Shown here piece after piece: positions 53,101 through 64,000 of a DNA stretch of 64,000 nucleotides; position 1 is the first letter of the stretch, and every line of letters starts with the position of its first letter. The translations under genes were made by a program, and so were the position numbers. The notes under the pieces were generated by a model. It did not search any database and was not told where the DNA came from. It saw only the letters and a program-made list of their open reading frames with translations. Origin of the DNA: Ruditapes philippinarum (lineage: Eukaryota); the NCBI RefSeq assembly GCF_026571515.1, contig NW_026864600.1, positions 1 to 64,000 of the forward strand, in the 5' to 3' direction.

Positions 53101-56100
53101 AATAAGAAAATATATACGGAAAAGAAAAAGGGGATATGACAGAGCTAAAAAAATCAAATAATATTGAACACTGGAACAAATACAAAACATTAAGAAACAA
53201 AACAACACACCTACTTAGAAATGCAAAAACAGATTATACTAAACAATTATCAGAAAAAATAAAAGGATAAAATTTAAAAACAACAGATTACTGGAAAATT
53301 CTCAAACAATTCATCAAACCAACAGTAAATAGTAAAATTAAGATTTTGAATGATAATGGCACCATATTGACTTCTCACACTGAAAAAGCAAATTTACTTA
53401 ACCAATTTTTCCAATCACAATCCTCACTTGATGATAAAAATAAGTCTTTACCAAACTTTCATGTACATCAAAATATTAATAAACTTGACACAATAAATCT
53501 AACTTATGATGAGGTACGTGATATTTTTAAAACTCTCAATGTTGGTAAAGCATCAGGACTTGATAATATCAACAACAGGATACTAAAGGAATTGTCAGAC
53601 GAACTCTCTGTACCTCTCTGTCATCTTTTCAGAAAATCATTAACAGCATGTAAAGTCCCTTCACAATGAAAGCTTGCCAATGTATGTGCAGTCTACAAGA
53701 ATGGTGACCCCTCAATTGTTTCTAATTACAGACCTATATCACTTCTTAGCACGATCAGCAAATCTTTAGACAAAAATTATACATAAGCATATATTCAATT
53801 TCTTTGTTGCTTATAACACAATAACTTCATTACAATCTGATTTTGTTCCCAATGACTCAACAACAAATCAACTTGTTTCTATATATAATACATTTTGCAA
53901 AGCCCTTGATGATGGAAAAGAAGTGAGAGCTGTCTTTTGCGACATTTCAAAAGCCTTTGATCGTGTCTGGCATAAAGGTCTCATTTTCAAGCTTCAGTCT
54001 GCTGGAATAAATGGTGGGCTTTTAAACTGGTTCAGTGACTATCTCAGTGATAGAAATCAAAAGGTGGTTCTTCCAGGCGGTTCCTCTCAAACCGATTTTA
54101 TTTCAGCCGGAGTTCCTCAAGGGTCCATTCTAGGCCCTCTTCTCTTTTTAATCTATATAAATAACATTGTTCTTGACATTAACTCATATATCAGACTCTT
54201 TGCAGACGATACAAGTTTATATATCATTGTTGATAATCCACTTCATGCTGCGGTGACTCTTAATTCTGATCTAAAAAAATTACAGAATGGGCGAATGATT
54301 GGCTTGTAGACTTCAATCCAAGTAAAACGGAATCAGTAATTATCTCTCGTAAAGTAAACAAACCAATTCACCCCCATTGACAATGAACGGAGTGCAAATA
54401 AATGAAGTGACCTCACACAAACATCTTGGAGTAACATTTTCTAATGATGGAATTTGGTATTCTCATATACAAAATATTACCAAAAAAGCCTGGCAAAGAA
54501 TTTATATAATGAGATCTTTGAAATTCATTCTTGATCGTAAGTCACTTGAAACTATATATCTCTCTTTCATTCGGCCCCTCCTGGAATACTCGGATGTTGT
54601 TTGGTACAACATAACTCAACAAGATGAATTCGAACTTGAAAAATACAACTTGAAGCCTGCAGAATAACAATCGGTACAACAAAACTAGTTTCTATCTCTA
54701 ATCTTTATGAAGGTACTTGCATCAAACCCCTTAAAGTAAGACGCTACAAACACAAACAAATTCTTCTTTATAAAATGTTCAATAATCTTTCTCTTCAATA
54801 CCTCTCTTCATTAGTTGCCGATACAGTAGGAGAATCTTCAGATTATAATTTACGAAATGCAGACAACACTAGAAATATATTTTGTCACTCATAACTTTAT
54901 TCTCATTCATTTTTGCCATCATCAATTAAAGACTGGAACAATCTTCATGTTAATTACAGAAATTCACCATCCATTTCAATTTTCAAAAGAAGACTTAATG
55001 AAGATGTTCAAAGTGTGCCTTCTCATTATTATGTATGTGAGATAAAATACCAGATCATACACACACGACTTAGAACTTATTGTAGTTCTCTCAAAGAACA
55101 TTTGTTTTCAAAAAACATAATAGAAAGTCCCCTAGATGAATGTGGTGACATAGAAAACACATCTCATTATTTCTTCTCGTGTCCAAGGTACCAAGATAAA
55201 CGAAATGTCCTCCTTAATAATTTAAGTGAAATAACAACTGTCACACTTAACGTTTTACTCTATGGTGATAATTCAATTGCTGACAATTTAAATGAAGCAA
55301 TAGTTCTTCATATACACTCATATTTACACAGAACAAAACGTTTTGAAATGTAATAGAAAGTTATTATTCCGACTAATATGAAATAGAGATTTAGATGCAT
55401 AATATCTTCTCAAAGTATATTGTAAACTCGTTCCATCAACTCCATAGTATTTTAGTGACCATTTCTGTTGATTTTCTTTTTCTTTCTCTCAAATATGTCT
55501 CTTATTTCCTACCATCTATTACCAAACAATTTCAACAATTAACTAACGTTTCCATTTCTTTATTTTTCTTTATATTTTTTAAACATGCTTAAAAGTTCTA
55601 TTATTTTTCTTGAAAAGTTTAAACGTGCTAATTTGTGCATTTATCACTTACGTGTATTTATGCTATAGAGCTATAGGGTTTTCTTTTATATTTTATGTCA
55701 ATATTCTATTATTAAGGTCGTTTCGATTAGGAAAAACAGAGTGTAAAATTGCTAACTTTCCTGTACATGAAAAGAAGCAAGTTTATAATGAAAATGTTAT
55801 GTATATTTTACTCAAAAATGCATATAATTGTTACCATTTTACATACTGTTTGAGATATTGATTACGGAAAGAGTTTCTAAAAAAGCTTTCAAGCTTACTA
55901 CTCAATCCGTACTATTTATTATTTGTCAATTATCATGTAAATGTAATACTTATAAATAAAAAATTGTTTAAACTAATAATGTTATTTCATGCTAATTATA
56001 ATTCACATAAAAATAAAACATGCCGTTTGCAAGATACTGCATTAATTTACAAAGCAATTATAGTACAAATATGCCTGTCTGTTTTTATTCTTTTTAAATA

Positions 56101-57774
56101 TTAACAACTTTCGAACAAACATAATCAATAGTTTGAACAATACATGTATACAAAAATGCAATTGTCTAAAAGACATCATCCAATATATCCTCTATTTTGT
56201 CTGTTTACATATAGATAATAAAATATTCATTTATTTGCAAATCACTTTAAAGGTCTTGTATGTTTTGTGATTGATATTGTTACTATGTGTATACCATACG
56301 TGCAAAAAATTATATATGCATATAATTATGCAAATAAAACAATTTTGAAACATCGAAGAATATGTAAAATATATACTGCAAATATTTTTGCACAGTATAT
56401 TTGATCAATAAATTACATGCATTCATTTCTTATTGGAAAATTTGACTTAGAATTTACAGAAAATAAATTTTTAATTACCTCCCAGTTTATTTACATGAAA
56501 TGTTAAATTGGGTAATATCTTTATAAATTATGCTTATTTGAACTTACAATATTGGCAAATCTTAATTTGGGCATCAAATTTATGAAAAAAAAACATGAAA
56601 AAGTTGTACAGGATCTGTAAGTGCCAAAGTAAATGTTTTGAAAGACCATCTCGCCAGAATGGTGACTTTTACTTTACCGTCATGGCTAATTTGGATGAAG
56701 TATTAAGGTAGAAAACCCCTAAAAGCCACTATAAGGAAATATAAATTTGACAACATAGGCCAGTTGTATGCCTTAAACTTCACCTGTATGCAAGATTTAA
56801 ACAAAATTGACCGTGTGGTTTATAAGTTATGGACATTTTCTGGAAATAAAACAACATTTTTTTACTATTAGAAGGGCCTTTTTTCAGAAATGAGGGAACT
56901 CTAAATAAACTATATTATCATCATTATGAAAAATGTTTTTCTATTGCTCATTTTTAAGAAACAAATAATAACATTCGGGTTACAAATTAAAATAGCAAAA
57001 TGATTATTTCTAAACAAAATGTTTAAATATGTATATAATTGTAACCCTTCCCACCCAGTTCAAACACTTATTTGACCATTTTCCTATATAAAAAAGCCTT
57101 AATCAAAATTTCCCTTAAATTTACCACAATGAAGGGCTGTGTTCAAAGTTTTCCCAATATTCGTTGGTCTTAAAAAATATAAAATATTTTTACGTGTAGT
57201 TTATTTATTTAATTAAACTTCGAAAATATCTGGTATGATATTTGCTATTGACTTATTATTGTGCCATTATTGTGCAAATACATATCTACAATAATCATAA
57301 AATTAAAATCAAACATTTTTTCAACCATATGGGATCTGAGAGATGCTTAAAAAATTAAAAAGAAAAAAAGGAAAGAAAAAAGTTGCCCCTCCTGAGGTTT
57401 GAATCCACGCCTCTCAATTTCAATGCAGTTGACAGTGATGCTAGCCTATTTTAGTACTTTTCGAAGTGGAGATATTACATTAATGATAATGCATTATACA
57501 ACCTTAAGACAAGAAAAGAACAGCAACATTTAAATACATTACGTCTGTTTAAGAAAGGAAAAACCAATAATATTTTAATACGTTACATTTATAACACGTT
57601 GCAGGCTGCCATTTTCCTGAAGCCTCACATTTCACCTCTTGTTGACTTGGAACATATCCTTTGTCACATTTGACTATAGCCACGTCGAGGAACTTGTTTT
57701 CGCCAGGCGTACGAATCTGTACTTTACCATTTTCAATTTTCAGATCCGAAGCACAGGCTGGAAAGAATAATAAA

Positions 57775-57819
<45 letters not shown>

Positions 57820-59161
57820 TATAAAAAATAATAATGTATTTTCTAAATAATAGTTAATACTTTACAAATAATAGGCCAATTTCTGAATGATCATTTTTTG
57901 AAAATCTAACGATTTAGGTGCAAATCGTGATCAAGTATCCTATGTTATATCTATGTGAACATAATCATAGTTTCTTGCTGGCAAGTGTGCTACGTGTATA
58001 ATGCTTTTTATTTTATTATTATTTTGTAATTGCTTCGTTTGTTAATTTTATTTGTTACACTTAAAAGTGTTACAATGCTTTTCACTCAAATGAGGCTAAG
58101 AAAAGCACATATATACGGTTTTTACTTGATGTCTGATTATAATTGTTAACTATCATTTGTATGTCTTTCTGTTTTAAGTGTTCCAGTTGATCTACATAAG
58201 AAATTCTAATTTTATTATTTTTAGACTTTTGAACATCAGTGGAGTTCCTTCAATACGTAAACGTATCAGTCGGGCGGATTTAAGAAGTGTCCTCTATCTA
58301 CTATAAAGAATCCGTTTGTACATGTCTTCACTCTTCAAGGACTATACTTTTTAGAACATGACATCTATCAAACAAAATTATTGCGTAAATATTTCTTGAA
58401 AAATTACACAACATTTTCTCAATAACAACTAATAGTGTAAAAATGAAAGTTTTTTACATACTTATGTCTATGCACACATGTGAAGCACCATTTTGGTAAC
58501 ACCTTTGGTTCGTTTTACACGGCCTTGAGCCACAACTTCCAACCATTCTCTATAAATAGTATGTATGTATTGTTGAATTACAATAACTATTAAATGTGTA
58601 TTTTCTGAATGAGACACGATTTTTCTTATGATTTTATTTTATTTGCAATGAGTGACAGAGAAACTTCTGAGATGATTCCTTGGAATTTTATCATTTGCAC
58701 AATAAAATGTAAGTGATGAAAATATCATTACCGTTACAAACATGAGAAAAAAATGCATATGTCATTATACACCTCAAATGTTGTGTCATTTCCGTTACCA
58801 ACAGTTTTACATATCGTATCAATTAATAAATTGAGATACTTACACTAGGCCATTCGCTGATATCAGAGAATATAGAGCCTCGCTTTGTTTCAAACTCCGA
58901 CGGATCAACGGACGACTGGTCAACATCGTTTAATTTACACACGTGCTCGTTTCTGTCAAAGTCGAACGATCTACAGACGGACATTGACATACAGGTTCGC
59001 GCACAATCGTGATGGTTTTTATCATTAACTTCTAACAAGGAATGACCGATCAAGGCTTTATTAAGATTGTCCTTGCTTATTTCAAATGAACTGCATTTGT
59101 TTGAGTAAACTATTCCGAATAAGACAGCGTTAATTATTATAATTCCAGCAGTCAAAGCCAT
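46888..59161 (-). CDS. Gene B: secreted PAN/apple - EGF-like - sushi(CCP) - fibrinogen C-terminal (FReD) protein, 7 exons, 420 aa; join complement(58844-59161, 58462-58549, 57587-57757, 50966-51099, 49809-49905, 48176-48343, 46888-47174)
   Basis: Manual splicing: all introns are GT..AG, with phases 0,1,1,0,1,1. Exon lengths 318+88+171+134+97+168+287 = 1263 nt, open to the stop codon. FReD motifs present: DC, VNCDMETDGGGWTIFHRR.DGS, F.EYENGFG, ELWLGL, FTTYDRD.D, NCA, GAWWY..C..NLNG.Y, SMMIR. Confidence 0.9.
48176..48343 (-). CDS. Gene B exon 6: FReD (GLKYIQELAEPGSTEIRLAMTKNDRTAGHETCPDFKLTEGTNYTLNIGLCTRTGFE)
   Basis: TCGCAG acceptor and GTAAGA donor. 168 nt, phase 1-1, the same length as the gene A exon. 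Confidence 0.9.
48554..49333. mobile_element. Non-autonomous TIR element (Kolobok-like, TTAA target), about 780 bp, in intron 5 of gene B
   Basis: TIR ggtagtacacccct / aggggtgtactacc, preceded by TTAA. Absent from the paralogous intron of gene A. Carries a tRNA-like B-box segment (ggttcaaatccc). Confidence 0.8.
49809..49905 (-). CDS. Gene B exon 5: FReD (IFHRRMDGSVEFYRNFTEYENGFGNVDGELWL)
   Basis: AG/GT-bounded 97-nt exon with canonical FReD motifs. Confidence 0.92.
50966..51099 (-). CDS. Gene B exon 4: FReD N-terminus (LPIDCKEVLDKFPEAKSGQYEIQLWTSWKILTVNCDMETDGGGWT)
   Basis: CTTTAG acceptor, GTATGT donor, canonical CDM.TDGGGWT motif. Confidence 0.92.
51721..55972 (+). mobile_element. Degenerate CR1-group LINE (AP endonuclease + reverse transcriptase), antisense in intron 3 of gene B
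   Basis: APE motifs (ETW, GGILVYV, FYRPP, GDLNLD, LIDVF) and RT motifs (YRPISLL, FCDISKAFDRVWH, GVPQGSILGPLLFLIYIN, LFADD, HLG). Many frameshifts and stops. TSD ctaataatgt at 51711-51720 and 55973-55982; empty site in gene A near 4884-4893. Confidence 0.93.
56251..56616 (-). mobile_element. Copy of the 365-bp TTAA MITE, inverted, in intron 3 of gene B
   Basis: Reverse complement of 36091-36455. Empty site ttttaagtgcc at about 5134-5144 in gene A. Confidence 0.82.
56707..57503. mobile_element. Second copy of the same family in inverted orientation, intron 3 of gene B
   Basis: Flanked by TTAA on both sides and reverse-complement similar to 48554-49333 throughout. Empty site ttttaagacaag at about 5214-5225 in gene A. 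Confidence 0.82.
57587..57757 (-). CDS. Gene B exon 3: sushi/CCP domain (CASDLKIENGKVQ...VAIVKCDKGY...VKCEASGKWQPATCYK)
   Basis: TTCCAG acceptor and a symmetric phase 1-1 exon of 171 nt. Four Cys plus the NG, C..GY, C...G.W...C pattern of CCP modules. Confidence 0.88.
57766..57835 (+). repeat. Imperfect (AAT)n microsatellite at the sushi-exon acceptor
   Basis: Direct reading. Confidence 0.9.
58462..58549 (-). CDS. Gene B exon 2: short Cys-rich/EGF-like module (RMVGSCGSRPCKTNQRCYQNGASHVCIDI)
   Basis: TTTATAG acceptor and GTATGT donor. The 88 nt bridge phase 0 to phase 1 exactly. 4 Cys in EGF-like spacing. Not in the ORF track. Confidence 0.85.
58844..59161 (-). CDS. Gene B exon 1: signal peptide + PAN/apple-like domain
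   Basis: Hydrophobic leader MALTAGIIIINAVLFGIVYS, then the PAN pattern DCARTCMSMSVCRSFDFDRNEHVCKLN (C-x3-C-x5-C-x-S-F-x-F...C-x-L). GTAAGT donor directly after EWPS (phase 0). Confidence 0.88.
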
Positions 59162-59646
59162 CGTATTAAAAGTAAAATATTTTTGTTATTTGCCACAGCT
59201 ATATAAAATGAAATCAAACAACGACCGTATCTGAAAGCGCAGAATAATCCCGTCTCTATGGTATGATTCATGTACGCTATATTTACGAGTAAGGCTGGTT
59301 AACATCAAATGCATAAAACATGCCCTTGTTATTGATCTTTAGTGAATCGTCCAATCAACAAACAGTCACATTTTTCATCTGTTTATAATTCATTAAATGC
59401 ATAACAACCAAATATTTGGTTTTGCTTACATACCCAGAACGTTCGAAAACTATTCTATCTTGAAGCATTGATATATGGCCGTGAATAAAACTAAAAATGG
59501 TTGTAACGAAGTAGTTTGACACCCACTTATTACAATCGGTTATTACAATTAAACAATATTGACTTCCCGTTGACTAACATTCTTAAATATTTTGACCTCC
59601 CCACACAAAAATGACCTCACCATGGTAGCCATTATGTACGTAAACT

Positions 59647-61088
59647 TACGAAGCCCCTAAGGTGACATTTACCACACTTTTTTTCCCGGAACTTAATTCG
59701 TAATTACGAAATATTAATTCGTTTTTACGAAATATTATTTCGTTTTTACTAAATATTATTTCGTAAATACGAAATATTATTTCATAATTACGAAATATTA
59801 TTTCGTATTTACGATATATGAATTCGTAACAACTAAATGTAATTTCTTTATTACAAAATGTCATTTCGTAATTACGAAATAACAATTCGTAAATATGAAA
59901 TAATATTACGTAAAAACGATTTTCATGGCTTCAAAGCGTTTTGGTAATGTCAATAAAGAAGGCCTTGAAACTAAATTCCTGACTAAATATAAGGCATGTA
60001 CATGTAAGATAAATAGTGATTTTATTGTATAAAAATTAAAATAATCGCCTGTCAATTGCGTTGCCGCCACAGCCGTGATAGTACATGCGCTCGAGCATGT
60101 TTTGTTAAAATGGGGGTCCTGTGCTTCAAATCCAAACGCGGACATTTTTTTCTGTTTTATTTTGTCGATATTATTGTGTTTTGAAATAAATGTAAGGCAT
60201 GTAAATGCAATATAAGAAGTGATTTTTTTCTCCCAAAGTTTTATAACTTAACACTATTGTATATAAATTAAAATAATCGCCTGTCAATAGCGTTGAGCCA
60301 CAGCCGTGATAGTACACGCGCTAGAAATTTCTTTGTTAAAATGGGGGTCCTGTGCTTCAAATCCAAACGCGGACATTTTTAATTGTTTCATTTTGTCGAT
60401 ATCATTGAGTTTTGAAATAAAATATTATCTTTTTATGATCGCACGGTGCCCATACATTAATTGTAAGGAAATATACTATTTTTAATTGATTAGATTATTG
60501 AAGATCTGGAGCCCCCCCCCCCTACTCTCCCTTAGTTTTACTGATTTATATGATAACAGAAAGAAATAATATAGCATGTTACTGTTTTAAAAGAAACACG
60601 TTAAAAATATATTAATTGCCTCAAAATTAAAACATTGCTAATGGAAACATGTATTTGGCAATGGGGAAAAAGAGGACATTTTGGATTGAAAATGACTTCT
60701 CGTTCACTTTGATATAATAACTTGAGAATAATTCGGCTTATAATCGTAGGGTTGATCTAGGTTTGTAAATGATCCCTTTGTGAGATAAGTAGTTTTTTTT
60801 GTCATATTCATTACTCACAATGACCTTAAATAAAATTTCGTAAAAACAAATTATTATTTCTAAAAAACGAATTAATATAATGTAATAACGAATTAATATT
60901 TGGCATTAACGAATTAATGTTTCGAAATTACGAAAAAATTATTTCGTATTTATGAATTGATATTTCGTAAAAGCGATTTAATATTTCGTAAAAATGAATG
61001 AATATTTCGTAATGACGAATTAATATTTCGTAAAAACGAATTAAATGCCGGGGAAAAATTGTCAAAAATGTCGCCTTAGGGGCTCGTA
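59647..61088. mobile_element. 1.44-kb foldback-type non-autonomous TIR element with subterminal 21-bp repeat arrays, about 490 bp upstream of the gene B ATG
   Basis: TIR tacgaagcccctaaggtgacattt / aaatgtcgccttaggggctcgta. Arrays of ttcgtaattacgaaatatta at both ends, an internal direct repeat (about 60025-60190 and 60260-60420), and taaac in both flanks. Confidence 0.8.
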
Positions 61089-62104
61089 TAAACGAGATGC
61101 CAATTGAGAATTTGTTTAAAAAATGAATCGGGCAAAATAATCTCAAAATTGCTTAACAGAATGCATGTATTATAGGTAAATTTGATTCTACAGCTAACCA
61201 TGATACATACACATCAACAACAATGACTACAACAATAAAAAACAACAACAACAGCGATAACAGTGGCGGTGGCGACGACGACAATCAACAAAAACAAACA
61301 GATATTTATAAGACTTGATAAAATGCAACATCAGCGATTACTTGAACATAACTCAATTATATGCATAAGGCAAAGGCTCAAAGCGGGCACATTACAGTAA
61401 AATAATACGAACTTAAAACCTGCACACTTTCGGCCACAAAATTCCTCAACGCTAACTTTTCCTTTCAAAATTTCATGTTTAATCTGATTTGAATACACAC
61501 ATTCACTTAAATACAATCTCGGGATAATAACAAAATATAATTCCTCTTTGGGAAAAGGATATCGTGAAACGGCAACCTACCAGAACTTAATATTGATAAG
61601 GTGTCTATTTTTATCTACTCTATATTTCCTGAATAATTTGCATATCAAGGTAATTATTTCGACTGTAATTTATCAAAATTGTACAGAATACCTAATTTCC
61701 GGAAACAAAGTGATCCCTCGGAAGCATTAATCACAACAAAATAACATAAGAATTGCAGACTGGGTTTGATTGAGTCTGTACATGAGGGATAATGAATAAG
61801 TGCAACATCCCTCACGACCCCTAGCACCGGCTTGAGCGGTACTCAATTCTCAGCACTTTATAGTGTTGGCATCAATGATCCTGAAGGACCAGAAAATATA
61901 ACAACACTGAAGTGAAGTACGGGGCAACTTTTTACGGCTGCCACACGGTCATAATTAATCGGCTTTTATGATAAATTCATCAAGCGAAACGTTCCATTCG
62001 TGAAAAGTAGCACTGCAAAATATCGTATAAGGTTGATGGTAATCGGCAAGAAATTCGGAATGGGAACCAAAATAATACAAGGAACCTATGAAAGACCGGT
62101 GGTG

Positions 62105-62420
62105 ATATTTCAAATTCATGAATTCCCGATTTTATCTTCGGGAATTCACAATTTTTAATTCGAGATCTTGTTCTGAAAAGCCGGAATTCACGAATTGACG
62201 ATTTCAGGTTCATAAATTCAAGATTGTAACTTCACGAATTCCAATTTCATCTTCAGGAAATCACAATTTCAACTTCATTAATTCATAAATGTAAAACAAA
62301 TTTAACTTCACGAATTCAACTTTAAGATTTCAGTAGTACGAATTCACGATTTTAACTTCAAGAATAAAATTTATTCTTCACGAATTCAAGATTTCATTTT
62401 TATAAATTTAAGATTTCATC
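62105..62420 (+). repeat. Degenerate 21-bp repeat array (ttcacgaattc..gattt)
   Basis: Direct reading. Confidence 0.75.
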
Positions 62421-64000
62421 ACTTTATTAGATCCAGCAGGTAAGAAGGTTTTGATCCCCCTGGTGATACTTTCAGTTTGTAACACCCGAGTTTAGTCAGA
62501 ATAATATTTCCTGTTTCGGCGTCATATGACTTAAATTTTATCGATGCGCCGCAAAACCAAACCTAACACAAAAAAGTATCAAATATCACTTCCTTGTCTA
62601 AAGATCTAAATCAAAGTTTAAAAAAATAGAAAGCTTTATCTCAGGCTAAAATATAATTCTTCAAGCTAAAAGCACATAGCTAGCACGTGTAAAACAGATA
62701 TACCCGGAAATTGAAGGTAATATTTTATTAACTGTTTTTTTTTTTTTTTTTTGTCTTGTTTTTTTTTTCTTATATTATCTTATCTAAAAGTTCTGTTAAA
62801 TATATAAGAATTATATTTTATTATTTATGTATAATGATGTAGTGTTGTCATAAAATGGTTAATCAAGAAACTATTTTATTACAGAAGGTTTAAAGGTGTT
62901 AAACTAAATGAACATTGTTATATTGAGTAAATACAAAATGTTATTGTGTAATTTCAAAATCTTTACCTACTGAATTGGTATTAAAATTTGCCTAGATTTC
63001 TAAATGTAAATGTGAAACAATTCATATGAAATTGAAGAAATCTGAAAACGAATAATAAAATATTATAAAATTGGTATTAATGAGATTGTGAAACAATTCA
63101 TATGAAATTGAAGAAATTTGATAATTAAAAAACAACAAAAATGGGCTAATAGCAAAAATTAATCACTGCTGGTTTCAGCAAGTTAAATTTACAATTAAAT
63201 TTATCGCAATTATTGAAATTTTCCCCTTGGATCTTCGGAACTGTTAAACTGGGTGAACCAGTATTTAGATAACAGTGATTTTTTTAATATATATTATAAT
63301 TGCAATACTCCCCTAAACCTATTGTATGAGGAGTTAAACGTGCCTTTTAAAGGATTAATTGTCAACATATGAAAATATACGTTATGTTAATTTGCAGATG
63401 ACACATGCAGTTGTATTCGGATGTCTTCTGGCAACTCTTAGTCGTTTAATATGATAGATCTCAAATTGAAATTATACAACTCATCGTATGGCAAGCAGTA
63501 TGATCCTCGCGTTAAGGAAATATGTTCGATCTATATACCTAAGGATCAGAGTCAAAGGCGTCCAACTTAGGCTACCGATCATGCTCATAAAGTCTTTTTG
63601 ATCTATAAGTGTCAAACAATTTAGGTTGCTGGGCATGTACAGAAATATACTTGTCGATACATCTACATAAAGATTTGAGTCAAGCTGTCAAGCGTTCGTT
63701 GATGTGTTCAGAAAGTCATGTTGATCAGTAAACTTCAAGATCAAACAACTTAGTTCGCTGAGCGCGTTCAGATATAATCTTGTCGACCAATATTTCTAAA
63801 GATCAGAGTCGTACGGGTATAACCACTGTTTGTTTGGCGTGTTCAAAAGAATACTAGAAGTCTATGTTAACAGTACTAAATTCCGTCTTTCTTACTAGAA
63901 TGTTACAGGTTGAATATCTTACAGAAATTAAATGTTGAATTTTTTTAGTTTTATTTTGATATAATGTCATGGCCTAGAAATTCTGTCCTTGATAACATGT

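Noticed and set aside
59646-62213. ORFs with YEIIFRN-type or HEF-type periodicity (59646, 60928, 61980); likewise 24662, 24863 and 46569
   Set aside because: They arise from 21-bp or 18-bp repeat arrays that lack stops in one frame.

Overview
AT-rich, intron-containing animal genomic DNA. The SINE and transposon relics suggest a mollusc, probably a bivalve (inference). The main content is a small cluster of secreted fibrinogen-related-domain (FReD) genes on the minus strand. Gene B (46888-59161) can be spliced by hand into 7 GT-AG exons with consistent phases, giving 420 aa: signal peptide - PAN/apple-like - short Cys-rich/EGF-like module - sushi/CCP - FReD. Gene A (271-6871) is a paralogue with three intact 3' FReD exons and garbled or truncated middle exons. 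It also has a different signal-peptide/PAN first exon, whose inverted, frameshifted twin lies at 16179-16460. Between the genes are a 3.5-kb near-identical tandem duplication, an orphan last exon of cytosolic aconitase/IRP1, mariner relics, SINEs, several TTAA-targeting non-autonomous elements, a 76-bp hairpin MITE and a 49-bp satellite array with higher-order structure. A degenerate CR1-type LINE with a 10-bp TSD sits in intron 3 of gene B. I found no CRISPR array, rRNA or functional tRNA gene, and no evidence for a wholly new system. The best leads are the apparent first-exon/promoter swap between the paralogues, divergence concentrated in the FReD ligand-binding loops, and an inverted transposon pair flanking a frame-preserving exon block.
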